NCBI RefSeq assembly: GCF_001194135.2
Contig: NC_068981.1
Coordinates: forward strand, 119,085,495-119,149,494
DNA length: 64,000 nt
Reading direction: 5' to 3'
DNA from: Octopus bimaculoides
Taxonomy: Eukaryota
Made by a program: the position numbers and the translations under genes
The notes under the pieces: generated by a model
Seen by the model: the letters and a program-made list of their open reading frames with translations, nothing else
What the model was told of the DNA's origin: nothing
Databases searched by the model: none
In this document: piece by piece, positions 40,225-52,309 of the stretch
Layout: each line of letters opens with the position of its first letter
How positions within the stretch are numbered: position 1 is the first letter of the stretch

Positions 40225-41176
40225 TACAGAAAGAGGGTTTCCTGAGCTAGTCTAGGTTTACATTGCAGTGCTCGCCAGGAAGAGCCGCTTGTTTGTCTTT
40301 TCCTTTGTATCAATATCATTTTTAAAAGTAATAAAAATTGCCATTTAAAACTATCCTTGAAACGATGTGTATTAAAACAACAGCAGGCTTTTTCATTCCA
40401 TTCATAATTAATGAAAATTATGTGTATTTAAACGATATGTTTAAAAAAAAAGAAAACAAGGTAAAGAAAATTATAAATTAAAAACGATATTTATTTGAAG
40501 TGATAAAAAAAATTCTTGAGACTATGAGAAATTCTTATTGCCTTCCTTTGTATCAGCAACTTAAATTACAAATCGTCAAATACAATTTCGAAGAAAAATT
40601 CTACAAACCATCGAGAATTTTTAATTCAATTTTCTGATACAAAGGTGGACAATATGAATTTGTTTGATAATTTTAAATATGTCTCTTACCTGTTTTAATG
40701 CATGTAATTTTCATTAATTTTGAAAAGAAGTGGTATGAATAGATGCGTTAAATGTGCAGTCTTTTAATATATATATCGTTTCAAGTATAGTTTTCATTTG
40801 TTTTAAATAAATGTTTTGAGAAACGAATAAATATTCAATTGCATTTAATATGCATCGCTTTTCAAAATTATCTAAATATTTATACAGGCAAAAATATACA
40901 AACTTCTTGTTTCTAAGTTTCACTTTGATCTTTAACTTTTCTACGTTTCTATTTCTAAAACTGTAACCGTACAGTTGGTTCGGTTACATCTTATTGAGAA
41001 ATGGGAGAATAAAAATAAGTTTCAATTACGCCTACGTGCAAACATTTACGTCGCTTCAACTGTAACTACGATCCAAGTTCGAAATTGCATGTTGTATCTG
41101 TGTTGCCTCAGTTGATTTGGCATGTTATGAACATGTCGCTCATAGATCATATTCATGCTGCATACGTATATACAGT

Positions 41177-41590
41177 AAGGCAGCGAGCCGGGCGAAGTGC
41201 TTAGCAGTATTTTGTCTGCCGTTACGTTCTGAGTTCAAATTCTGCTGAGGTCGACTTTGCCTTTCATCCTTTCGGGGTCGATAAATTAAGTACCAGTTAC
41301 GCACTGGGATCGATGTAATCGACTTAACCCCTTTGTCTGTCCTTCTTCGTCCCCTCTATGTTTAGCCCCTTGTGGGTAATAAAGAAATAAGAAACGTTAG
41401 CACGCCGGACGAAATGCTTAGCGGTATTTCGTCTGTCTTTACGTTCTGAGTTCAAATTTCACCGAGCTCAACTTTACCTTTTATCTTTTCGGGGTCGATA
41501 AATTAAGTACCAGTTGCGTACGGGGATCGGCTCTAACCGACTGGCCCTCCCCAAAAATTTCGGGCCTCGTGGCTAGGGTAGAAAAGAATA
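41177..41590 (+). mobile_element. Head-to-tail dimer of SINE family B
   Basis: Two consecutive units, each with GTTCTGAGTTCAAATT (B-box-like) and TTTCGGGGTCGATAAATTAAGTACCAG, joined at AATAAAGAAATAAGAAACGTTAGC. CpGs are intact. Confidence 0.85.
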
Positions 41591-41789
41591 CGTATATACA
41601 GTATCATACCATTCACAAGCAACACTGATTACCAATTTTAACAAATATTATTTAAGATCATTCGCCTTACGATGCGCAATTTTGTGTTTTTAAAAAAGGT
41701 ATTTTAAGTATTAGAATTTTTTTCAACTGATATTCACAAAAAATCCACAAAAATCATAATGCATGATGGCCTCCTAGAATCTCTATTTT

Positions 41790-42032
41790 TTATCTTTTAT
41801 CTTTTACTTGTTTCAGTCATTAGACTGCGACCATGCTGGGACACGCCTAAAAGAATTTTAGTCGAACGAATCAACTCTAGCAATTATTTCTTTTTAAGCC
41901 TGGTTCTTTTGTCGAACTGCTAAGTTACAGGTACTTAAACACACCAACACCAGTTGTCAAGCGGTGGTGGGGCACAAACACAGATACAAAGAACACACAC
42001 ACACACACACATACACACATACACACATACAC

Positions 42033-42087
<55 letters not shown>

Positions 42088-42265
42088 CATACATATATAC
42101 GACGGGTTTCTTTCAGTTTCCGCCTACCAAATCCACTGACGAGGCTTTGGTCGGCCTAAGGCTATAGTAGAAGACACTTGCCCAAGGTGCCACTCAGTAG
42201 GACTGAATACGGAACCATGAGATTAGAAATTAAAGCTTCTTACCATACATCCACACCTGTGCCTA
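41790..42265 (-). mobile_element. Full-length SINE family A
   Basis: Reverse complement of the family A head, CORE-like region, internal (CA)n/(GT)n and tail. Confidence 0.85.
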
Positions 42266-43125
42266 TGAATATTCCAAAATTATCAAATGTAGTTAGCCTT
42301 CAAATTTACCAATCCCTTAGCCATCGAGTGTGATTACTTCAAGTTCCACCGAGATCGACTTTGCTTTTCACCTCTTCGAGATCGATAAAATAAGCATCAG
42401 TTGAGCACTGGGCGCGATATAATCAACTTACCCCTCCCCTAAAAATTGCTGTCCTTGTACCTGTAGTAGAATGAATTTTTAAAAAACTCCCATTTCCTGA
42501 CAACTGTTTCGTTTACCAACAACGCGGAAATATTACTCTTCTACAGATGGGGACCCCAAAACCAATCTGATTTCCTCTATAAATACTACCTGAAGAAATC
42601 TCTCTTGTACCTCTACAATATAATGGGATTCGGGACTCACGATAAATTAATTCCATAACAGGTAACAGTTAATCATATCAGCAGAGTCGAACAATTCCGA
42701 TCGATATGTCGTATTTCGTATCAAACTAGTGCTGCGTTATTTAGAAATATTTATTAATCCTATAGCGGTTTAAAAATTCAATATTTGCTATTAATGTGTA
42801 AAATTAGAAAGAAACCGTGACGCCCAATCTTGGTCATCGACAAAGCTGATCGATAGAAGAGGAGGAGAAAATACGGATGGGATGTATAAAAAATATTTTG
42901 CCAATTTCCGATATCATGTTCTATTTTAATGTTTAGTTTTGATTTGTTATTGTTTTTTCTTTGGCAACGAAATGTATAACCTGGCAATCGAATTTCTTGG
43001 AGTAGTTTCTGTTAATACGTTCATATCCTTCAAAATAAAGACATCAGCTTTTTATCTTGACTTTTTGTATAACTCTTAAGGTTCTATACCCTAATAAAGA
43101 AATCTTAATTTCTTAATCAAATTAA

Positions 43126-45536
43126 GGGTTTGCACCTCCCCACATTGTACATCAATGACCTATTATTGTCCATCATCTCAAACAATGACCATTTCTATAT
43201 TGTCAGTGACACCATCATTCACTCCTCACTTACCCTCTACACCATAAGCACCATCTACATGCAACATAGATGATTCACGTCAAACCTTCATTATCTCTAT
43301 GAACAGTAAACTCGATCTCGTCTCATTCAATAACAGACACAATCACTGCAAACGTCGAGTAAATGATTTTTGCCCTCCACTTCACTAATTATAGACAACA
43401 CACAATTAAGATCCGCCCAACGTGACTAGGGTTTGCTCAGACTGTTCATCTGTCTTGTTGATCCCACGTTCACATAGAAGAAAAACTGCATTCTCTAAAC
43501 TAGTTATTCTCTTCAGTATTAATACTTTAGCATCAACAGTTGCTAGTTGTTGAGCTGACTTGGGTACTGAAGCAGTACTTTTTGACTACGCTGTTTTATT
43601 GTATTGAAAGACCTAGCTCTAACAATAAAGTTGATGTAAAATCTGCCATTATGTGTGTGTGCAGTTGTTACTGTTGTGGGGATAAATGTGTGTGCTGGCT
43701 TACATTGTTAATGTAGTGTGTGTGTGTATTAGGTGTGAAACTAGTGTAAATGTATTTTAGGGGAAGTGATGTGAAGGTAAGATGCACGAGTGTTGTAACT
43801 TGGACTACTCTGATGCTAAACACCCAAAATTCTTCGTGATCTTGAGAAAAGTAACAAAATCATGACCTATATACCAATTACTTTTTAAATGTTGAACTTC
43901 GGACCTATATATTTTAGTGCGAGCTTTCAGTCTAGTTTGTCTTCCACTTGGATCTAATGAACTTCACTTACATTTTGAGATCCAAAGCTATATATAAGTT
44001 AGAAGCTCTTTGCTAAAAAAAATTATACCAAGTCTCGCAAAATAAAGTGAAAATGTACTTTCAATTATTTTGAGTTCCTTACAGATAATGAATCCCAAAT
44101 CTGTAGCTTGTTTATCTTTAAGCCTATAGCCAATACAATTTACACAAATAATACTCCAAACAAAATTCCTCGACATCACAAAATCTTTTTTGACATTTTA
44201 TGCCTCCCTAAATTTCTAAATTTTTTATTCTTCGTAATAATTAGTGAATATTTCCTAAAACCTACTTTGCTAATAAGATATTTAAAGCTTATGACTAAGT
44301 TCCCTGCTCTTTTTTGTGTCTTATTATTGAAGTTTCTTTCCTTATCTTATTGCAGCCTGATTTTTTTTCTTTTTTTTTATAGCTTTTTTTCTTTTTACAA
44401 GGCCATGCGTTGTCTTCTAATATAATTATTGTTTAAACTTTGAAAATTAATTACTGAAACATTAACAGAAAGGAAATATTTCACTGCTGTTTCTCTTTTA
44501 GCATAAAATTACAATGCAAACTATAGCTTACGTCAGTGAAGACATATTTACACTGACAAAATTTCATAAACATGACAATGTCAAACACGTACACTAAGTT
44601 ATTATCTTGAAAATACAAAACCACTAGCATAATGTGTTAGCTGAAAAGTGGACACCAACAACGTGTGACGACTGTGTTTGAAGTGTTTTGTGACACGCAC
44701 TTGCACCAAACATATGCCAAATACACACACAATTCAAAAATTTCCTTTCATGTTTTTAAATTTAGCACTTCAATAACACACGAAAGGCAACACTAACACG
44801 CCTATTACATACACATATACATGACTCGTTACAACACTCGTGCATCTTACCTACACACACACTAACATCACTTCTCCTAAAATACATTCACACTAATTTC
44901 ACACATAACATACATATCTACATTAACAATGTAAGCCAGCACACACATTTATCCCCACAACAATAACAACTGCACACACACACATAATAGCAGATTTTAC
45001 AGCTAGGTCTTTCAATACAATAAAACAGTGGATGCATGTTTTCAGTGCTTAAATTCTGGAACAGCGTAGTCAAAAAGTACTGCTTCAGTACCCAAGTCAG
45101 CTCAACAACTAGCAACTGTTGATGCTAAAGTATTAATACTGAAGAGAATAACTAGTTTAGAGAATGCAGTTTTTCTTCTATTTGAACAGTCTCAGCAAAC
45201 CCTAGTCACGTTGGGTGGATCTTAATTGTGTTCTAGTTACGTTAGGTGGATCTTAATTGTGTGTTGTCTATAATTAGTGAAGTGGAGGGCAAAAATCATT
45301 TACTCGACGTTTGCAGTGATTGTGTCTGTTATTGAATGAGACGAGATCGAGTTTACTGTTTATAGAGATAATGCAGGTTTGACGTGAATCATCTATGTTG
45401 CATGTAGATGGTGCTTATGGTGTAGAAGGTAAGTGAGGAGTGAATGATGGTGTCACTGATAATATAGAAATGGTCATTGTTTGAGATGATGGACAATAAT
45501 AGGTCATTGAGGTACAGTGTGGGGAGGTCCAAACCC
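43126..45536. mobile_element. Foldback-like element: inverted arms of 674 bp (43126-43799) and 709 bp (44828-45536) around a 1028-bp spacer
   Basis: Both outer ends read GGGTTTG(C/G)ACCTCCCCACA inward. The arms align over their length with several indels. No TSD recognised (TTAA on the left, GATC on the right). Confidence 0.8.
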
Positions 45537-45764
45537 GATCATTGTTGAGACATACGAAGGGAGGGGGGAAGAGAAAGAGAACTAGTTCTATCAATAGATG
45601 CTATGATGGCGTGATCTGACGGTCTCCGATCCAAGAGAGAGAGAGAGAGAGCGATGCCAGGCATAATCAAATGACTTGCTCATGTCATGTACAACACTGT
45701 TTTCACCAAATTTTTCAAGAGTGTTAATGCTCACTCGTGAATGACAGGTCAGGTCTTCAGTACA

Positions 45765-47290
45765 TCTGAATTTATGAAAACCATATTATGGTCATTAAAG
45801 ATAAAGAGGAACCTAAGATATTGGGGAAGGTAGAAGAAAATAAAAGCAATAGATTTTTTAAATTAGTGGGTTCCAAAGAGTTACTCTTCTTGGGAACGAG
45901 ACACAATAGCCGTTTCCAAAGATCCAGATCCCTTCGGGAAAAGAGTGAGCTTGATGAATAAGGCGAAGATAGGTGATAGCTTTTGAGTACATTGTTAGAA
46001 GTTAATGGAAGAAACATTGCCAGAGCTAGTAGCCTAAGTTGGTTTGAAGTTATTGAAAGTGGTGTGTGTGTGTGTGTGTGTGGTGAGCTTGAAGGAGTGG
46101 AGAGAGACTGATTTGAAGAAGTTTTACCATGTCAAAGCAGTATGGAGTTATATGTAAAGCGGGCAGCAAATGCAGAGGATTTTTTCCACATGAGTATTGT
46201 TCATAGGACCATTATGGTTGAGGAGAGGAGAATAAGAAAGACACTACAAAGTAATTGCAATCCTTTTAGCAAAAGACAATTAGCAGCAGTTTTAGAAGGT
46301 GAGATATTTTGTGCGCTGAGCAATGCATGGAGACATACTTCAGGTTTTGGATGGTGGTGATGGTAAAAGTTGTCCAGTTTGTGGAGGTTCACGATTTATT
46401 CAGTTGCTTGAGGTCATATTTTCGTTTGTACTGGTGTGACACAGCTATGAGTGAATCGCTTATGGCATTTGGGGTTATATGCTTTGGTGGTAAGGCATGT
46501 AGAGAGAGATGCCTAAGAGAATGGTTTCACTTGTTTAGTGGTCTCTAATATGTCAAAAGTGAAGTAGATGTCTTGAAGCAGATGTCCTGTCAAGAACCTA
46601 TGAAACTCCAATCAATCAGCTGATTTGAAGTACAGACAAGCAGTATTGTGTAATGTGTGATTATATGGAAAGTAACATTAATAAAGCTGTGGTTTGGCTA
46701 TCCAGTTGGTAATGAGATAACACTTTGACAAACACTAGGTTTGACAGTAAGAAGTCAAAGGTTGTTGTAGTCCTTGTGTGTTGGGCGCACTAGTACTATG
46801 TGAAGGTACATGGCCCACTGGTTAAAGTGTTACACTCACGATTGCGAGATCGTGGTTTCGATTCCCACATTAGCTATGCATTGTGTTCTTGAGCAAAACA
46901 CTTCACATTACTCCAGTCCACTCAGCTGTAAATGGGTAATCTTCTGATAGATTAGAGTACAAGGGTGAGATGGTGACTCAGGAAAATCACCTAAACGGAT
47001 GAGCCATGTTTTGTATTTATCAATCAAAAGGATGAATAATACAACCTGTACTGTGAAGTCCACTATTTGGGATTGGCTGTTTAAGCATGTTGAAGGACGG
47101 TAATGGTGACTAGTACTATCAGTGTCAGAAGAAGGAATGATGTGAAATAAATGTTCTTGATGCAGGAGAGATAATGAAAGAACTGTTGGCATTTGGAGGA
47201 ATTCAGAGAGCAGTTGAGGTAGTAGATAGGATTTGGGGTGAGGAATGTGGTGGTGGTAGCTGAGGCAGTCAAGCATGACGGTGATAGTAA
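45765..47290 (-). mobile_element. Degraded CR1-like LINE (endonuclease-RT region) with a SINE family C insertion at about 46805-46945
   Basis: Eroded RT N-terminal motif QKLSPIFALF...LETAIVS... and endonuclease-like GDFP. Many stops. Confidence 0.5.
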
Positions 47291-47739
47291 GGAATGTGAA
47301 AGACAGTGGTGATGGTGGTGGAGGGAAGGCAACGAAGTCAAAGGTGTTTGATGGTGGTGGCGTCAAAAGTTTGAATGGTGTGTGTATGGCAGTTGTGGTA
47401 GCGATGGTGGTGGTACTGATGGTTGAAAACAATCAACAGAAAGAAAGAAAGAGGTTAGACAGAAAAAAAATTGTACTGAACCCCAAATGGGAAGACAAAA
47501 AGTGTTGTTTATCATGAAGCTTTGCAATAAGTTCCAAGTCAACGTATTATATCATTGTTTTGACGAAAATTGTTCATTGCTTGAAAAATATTGGTCAAGT
47601 TTAATAAAATTTTAATATGTACTCAATGCATTAAGTGTTATTATTGGGCTCAAGGCACAATGAAGAGCCCTCCACAGGAGCTAGCTTAAAAACCGCCCAA
47701 TAGGGTGGCTTTATAGTAAACACTCAACCACTGTGAAAA

Positions 47740-48073
47740 ATAGGAAGATTGTAGCAAAATCCTTACAAACTTTGCAGCTTATGGAATGAATAATAGGCAT
47801 GAATATATACTAATAACGATAAGCAACTTTGCATAAATTGGGTTGAATAAAGAGGAAAATGTTAAAGGCAAAAAAGCTCAAAAGGTTTTAGTCATTGCTT
47901 TACATCATAGGAAGATTGTAGCAAAATCCTTACAAACTTTGCAGCTTATGGAATGAATAATAGGCATGAATATATACTAATATCGATAAGCAACTTTGCA
48001 TAAATTGGGTTGAATAAAGAGGAAAATGTTAAAGGCAAAAAAGCTCAAAAGGTTTTAGTCATTGCTTTACATC
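47740..48073. repeat. Tandem duplication, 2 x 167 bp
   Basis: 47740-47906 and 47907-48073 are identical apart from one A/T difference that I could see. Confidence 0.9.
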
Positions 48074-48894
48074 TTTACCACACTTCAACGAATATAGGCT
48101 CTTACTGTGTTTAATAGGTAAATTTTACTGAATTTGAACCTGAGAACGCTCCATTAGCATTCTTGAGTTATTTACTACCAAGAAAATCTACATGGGCAAA
48201 CTGTTTTCAGTAGTAATACCAGAAGCGATCGCAATTATGCCACAACACGGTTCATTAGTCAATTTTCTGTTGAAAAATAGGGCATTGTGCAAAGAAATGG
48301 TATCATAATACTTCAAAGACATTGTTTAATCATAGAATACTGAAGACGTTCGCACTGGCAGTTTAGTTGTGGCACAACGGCCAATAATTGTTCCCAAAAA
48401 GCATGTCTTTTGGTCACTTTCCGTTTACAAATAGGATTCTGTGCATCACAAATGCACTCGTAACACTCCTTGGATATTGCTGCATATTTTAACACCAAAA
48501 ACATTAAAATTGACAACATAGGTTAGAAGCAAATCCAAATATTGCTCGAAAATGACCTTGCAACTGTGCGACCCGACCTCATTTTCGAGATTATTCTTGT
48601 AGTAAAAAAAAGAGTTGTGCAAAGAACATACATCATTTGGTAGCTGAAAGATTACAGAATTTTGGTACCTCATACGTCAAAATCAGCAGCTTAATTTTCG
48701 AATCCATAAGAATCATACACATCAGACACACAAACTCTGTTTTATATATAAACATGAGGTTAGCTTCAGGAAGACCATCCAGCTGTAAAACAATTGTCTT
48801 AATAACATTTATCCAACCCATGGTAGCATGTACAAATTGCCATGAAAACAAACAAACATATATATATATATACATATATATATCTATATATATA

Positions 48895-49090
48895 TATAAT
48901 CCTCCTTTAACATCTATTCTCCATGCTGGCAGGGGTTGGATGGTTTGACCAGGGCTGGCAAATTGTAGAGCTGCACCAAATTCCAATCTGATCTGGCTTG
49001 GTATCTACTGCTGGATGCCTTTCCTAATACCAACCACTTTACAGTGTGTCTTGGGTGTTTTTAATGTGGCACCAGCGTGAACAGAGCAGG
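48895..49090 (-). mobile_element. SINE family D (RTE-like tail)
   Basis: TTTAACATC...CCATGCTGGCAGGGGTTGG...CTGGATGCCTTTCCTAATACCAACC, shared with 58915-59200, 59855-60050 and 56410-56525 (+). Confidence 0.75.
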
Positions 49091-49244
49091 GCTGTCACAC
49101 GATTTCCACCCTTCCCTACCAAACTCCACCACATGATATATCATGGACAATTGTTCTTAAAAGCACAGTAGTTTTATTGTCATTTAAATCAACATTGTAA
49201 TAAAACATAGAGATGAAAAAAGAACAAAATAAGTCAGTTTTAGA

Positions 49245-49250
49245 TTTATT
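49245..49250 (-). terminator. Candidate PNKP polyadenylation signal AATAAA
   Basis: AATAAA about 460 nt after the stop codon, followed by a U/GU-rich tract (TTATTTTGTTCTTTTTT). A second AATAAA lies at 49173-49178. Confidence 0.45.
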
Positions 49251-49319
49251 GAAGAGAGAAGTATCTTCACTGGATGATAAAAAAAGAAAAAAATTGTGTG
49301 ATGCTTCAAACTTTGGCTC

Positions 49320-49490
49320 AAAGCCAGTAATTTCAGGGGAGGGGATAAGTTGATTACATTGGTCCCCAGTACTCAGCTGATACTTATTTTATCAACCCTG
49401 AAAAGGATGAAAGCCAAAGGCAACCTCATTGGAATCTGAACACAAAACATAAAGACAAATGAAATGCTGCTAAGCATTCTGCCAGCTCAC
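49320..49490 (-). mobile_element. SINE family B copy inside the predicted PNKP 3' UTR
   Basis: Reverse complement of the family B centre with CpGs decayed to TG/CA. Confidence 0.7.
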
Positions 49491-49650
49491 AGCATTAATA
49501 ATAATAATGATAATAATAATAATGATAATAATAATAATAATAATAATAATGATGATGATGATGATGATGAAAATGTGGTAATGATGATAAACTACTGAAA
49601 TGGAAAAATATAATGATTATTCACAAGAGATCGGCAGACATTCATGACTG

Positions 49651-49683
<33 letters not shown>

Positions 49684-49711
49684 TCTATCCATCTGTATGT
49701 CTTAAAATTTC

Positions 49712-49853
49712 TCAGTTCTTGTCTTCAAAATATCGGTCAAGGAGAAATGAAGTGTAAAGTTTCTCATGCATTGGCGAGCTGAATTTGGGCACAAAGTTTA
49801 TACTCAATATTTCAAGGAAACCTTCGCTGATTGTAGGCACTTCTAAATGTTTC
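49712..49853 (-). CDS. PNKP: PNKP last coding exon (142 bp)
   Basis: Acceptor TTTCTTTTAG. Encodes (R)KHLEVPTISEGFLEILSINFVPKFSSPMHEKLYTSFLLDRYFEDKN*, compare human [20 protein letters not shown]. Phase fits the preceding exon. Confidence 0.95.
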
Positions 49854-50310
49854 CTAAAAGAAATAAAGAAGAAAAAAGTTCAAAAGAAAGGAACAAAGAA
49901 GGTAAAACGAAAGAAAGAAAGGAGCATATGAAAGATGGAACAAAAAAGGGGGGAGACAGATGAAGAGAAAAAAAGAAAGACAAGGGATGGTAAGAAAGGA
50001 AGAAGAGACAGAAAAATGGATGATGGAGAAGAGGAGTGGAAGAAGATAGGAAGGGAAGCTGATGAGACGAGAGATGGAAAAGAAAGCAGAAAAAAAAAGA
50101 GAACAAGGAAAATAAAAGAGCAAGGGAATGAAAAAAAATTAATGAAGAAAAAGAGAAGAAACAAATAAACAAGAAAAAAGATGGTGGTGGTGGTGGCGGC
50201 GGCAGTGGTGTTGGTGGTGACAGTGATGGTGGTAGTGTTCATGGCAGGCGATTGTAATGGTAGTGATGGCCAAACCATGATGATCTGATAATCTTGAAAA
50301 TATAACTTAC

Positions 50311-50369
50311 CTATATGCATGCATTACCATATCAGCAACTGGTTTGCTTTTAGAAATCATCACACGATA
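50311..50369 (-). CDS. PNKP: PNKP penultimate exon (59 bp)
   Basis: TATTTCAG acceptor and GTAAGT donor. Encodes YRVMISKSKPVADMVMHAY(R), compare human [21 protein letters not shown]. Confidence 0.92.
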
Positions 50370-50575
50370 CTGAAATATAAATATGTTAAAAATATATTAT
50401 CCATATGGATGTATGTGCATTTGCATGGCTAAAAGGTTTATGAAGTTTGCTTTTGCAGTTAGGCAATCTGAGCTTTGATTTCATTGCAAGGCACCTTGGA
50501 TCAATACAAACCTCAAGTTGACGGAAAACCACAACAAAGACTGTGTCAGTAATTAAAAGAGCCATCCTTGACATA

Positions 50576-50949
50576 CAGGGTGACCCAGAAGTAACCGAAC
50601 CCTATTGAATTTATTGAATATTGCTAATTGCTAATTATTCACCCACGGACCCGTGAAATGGTCTGCAAGGTCCAAACCTCAGTCCTCTGGACTTCTTTCT
50701 CTGGAGAGTACTCAAAAACCAGGTATTCAATGCTAAACCAAAAACTGTCAATAATCTGAAACAAAACTTCATAAATGCATACCAAGATATTATTACACCA
50801 GAGTAACCAATGAACAATGCCATAATTGTATTGCAAATAATGGTTTACATTTTGAACATATGCTGTAACCTTGTGTAATAAATATTTCTGTTTCATTTAT
50901 TTGTAACTTTTAACAATAATTAGGGTTCAGTTACTTCAAAGCCACCCTG
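50576..50949 (+). mobile_element. Tc1/mariner (rosa/maT-like) internally deleted MITE in a PNKP intron
   Basis: TA-flanked TIRs CAGGGTG...GAAGTAAC.GAACCCTA. The interior encodes GPVKWSARS..LSPLDFFLWRVLKNQVFNAKPKTVNNLK. Confidence 0.85.
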
Positions 50950-50994
50950 TATGTAGTATCAGGCTGATTCTGTCTGAGGACTATCATAAGAATG

Positions 50995-51245
50995 TGGCGG
51001 TGCATGGCTTAGTGGTTAGTGGTTAGAGATGTTTGACTCATGATTGTAAGATTGTGGTTTCAATTCCTGGATCATGCAATATGTTGTGTTCTTGAGCAAA
51101 ACACTTCATTTCAAGTTGCTCCAGTTCACTCAGCTGACAAAAATTAGTAAACCTGTGATGGATTGGCGTCCCATCCAGTGGGGAATATATACACTGCAGA
51201 GACTGGCAAACTGGCCTTATGAGTCTATATGACTTGGGAAGGATC
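50995..51245 (+). mobile_element. SINE family C (tRNA head plus CORE-like domain)
   Basis: A-box-like TGGCTTAGTGG, B-box-like GTTTCAATTCC, then TGTGTTCTTGAGCAAAACACTT...GCTCCAGTTCACTCAGCTG. Confidence 0.8.
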
Positions 51246-52309
51246 TTTATCCTTTTTCTTCTTATCTTAAGAAGACGTGTGTCTGTTGAATACCCAACCA
51301 CTTACACCATAATTCAGTGAGTATGGTAGTTCTGTTGATCAACCTTTTAGCATTCAGATTACTCTGTCAAATGTAATATTTATTCATTTATTTATTTATT
51401 TATTTATCTATATTGTTTTGAATTAATCATGCATTATCTTACAACTTTGAGATTTTGATGATGTGATTGTTTATTTTTAAAATGAAATTGTAGGGCAGGT
51501 GTGAGAGGCTAAAGTAGGAAAGAGGTACAGGAACAGCTGTGTTGCTGTAGAGGAGATACATGGGTACCCCAGCAAAGATGGGAGAAGAAATGGTGGAGAT
51601 GAGATGTCAGGGCATCCCCTCAAAGTGTACAGAGAGAGAATAGGAGTAGGGAACAGAGAATCAGGAGTGGCCAGATGGGTAGGTAGTGGGGATGAGGTAA
51701 AGTGTAAGAGAGACAGAAGATGCACAGTTACAGAGGTCAGGCATATATATAGAGGTGGATACAGTGAATTACAAAATGGCCTGTACCAACAATTTTTCCT
51801 AACCATTAAATAACAAATAGAAACATGTATTTTATTCAAGTAACACCTATCAGTACAGTATGCTTCAAATAATAATAAAAAAAGAATGAATGTGTCACCT
51901 GTGGAAAATCCACAGGTATTCATTCATTGTTTAATGAAATTGTCACACCTAAAATATGAGTAACTTTTAGTGACAGAGGTTACTGAACTGAACTTAAACA
52001 GGTGGATATTTTGATATCTTTAATATCTTGTTGGGTTATGATGACATCCATGTTTTGGACAATGGCTACCTAGCACTGCATTTGCTTGTTGTTGTTGATG
52101 TTATTGTTAAGGTGAAGTTTGTCAGAGGCACTGAAAAACATTTTGAAATAAATATTGCCAAAACTGAAACATTACAGGATTTTTTATTGTTAAACTATAC
52201 AGAGACACCTAACCCTTCTTACAAACCTTAACAATAAGTAAATTATAATAGATAAGAGAAGAACATTTCATTCTTGTTATACTCTGGTGAGGACATACAA
52301 CCAGCTGCT

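Noticed and set aside
52020-52135. Alternative PNKP terminal exon (TTTTTCAG acceptor)
   Set aside because: In the required phase 0 it reads CL*, with no similarity to PNKP and no other support.
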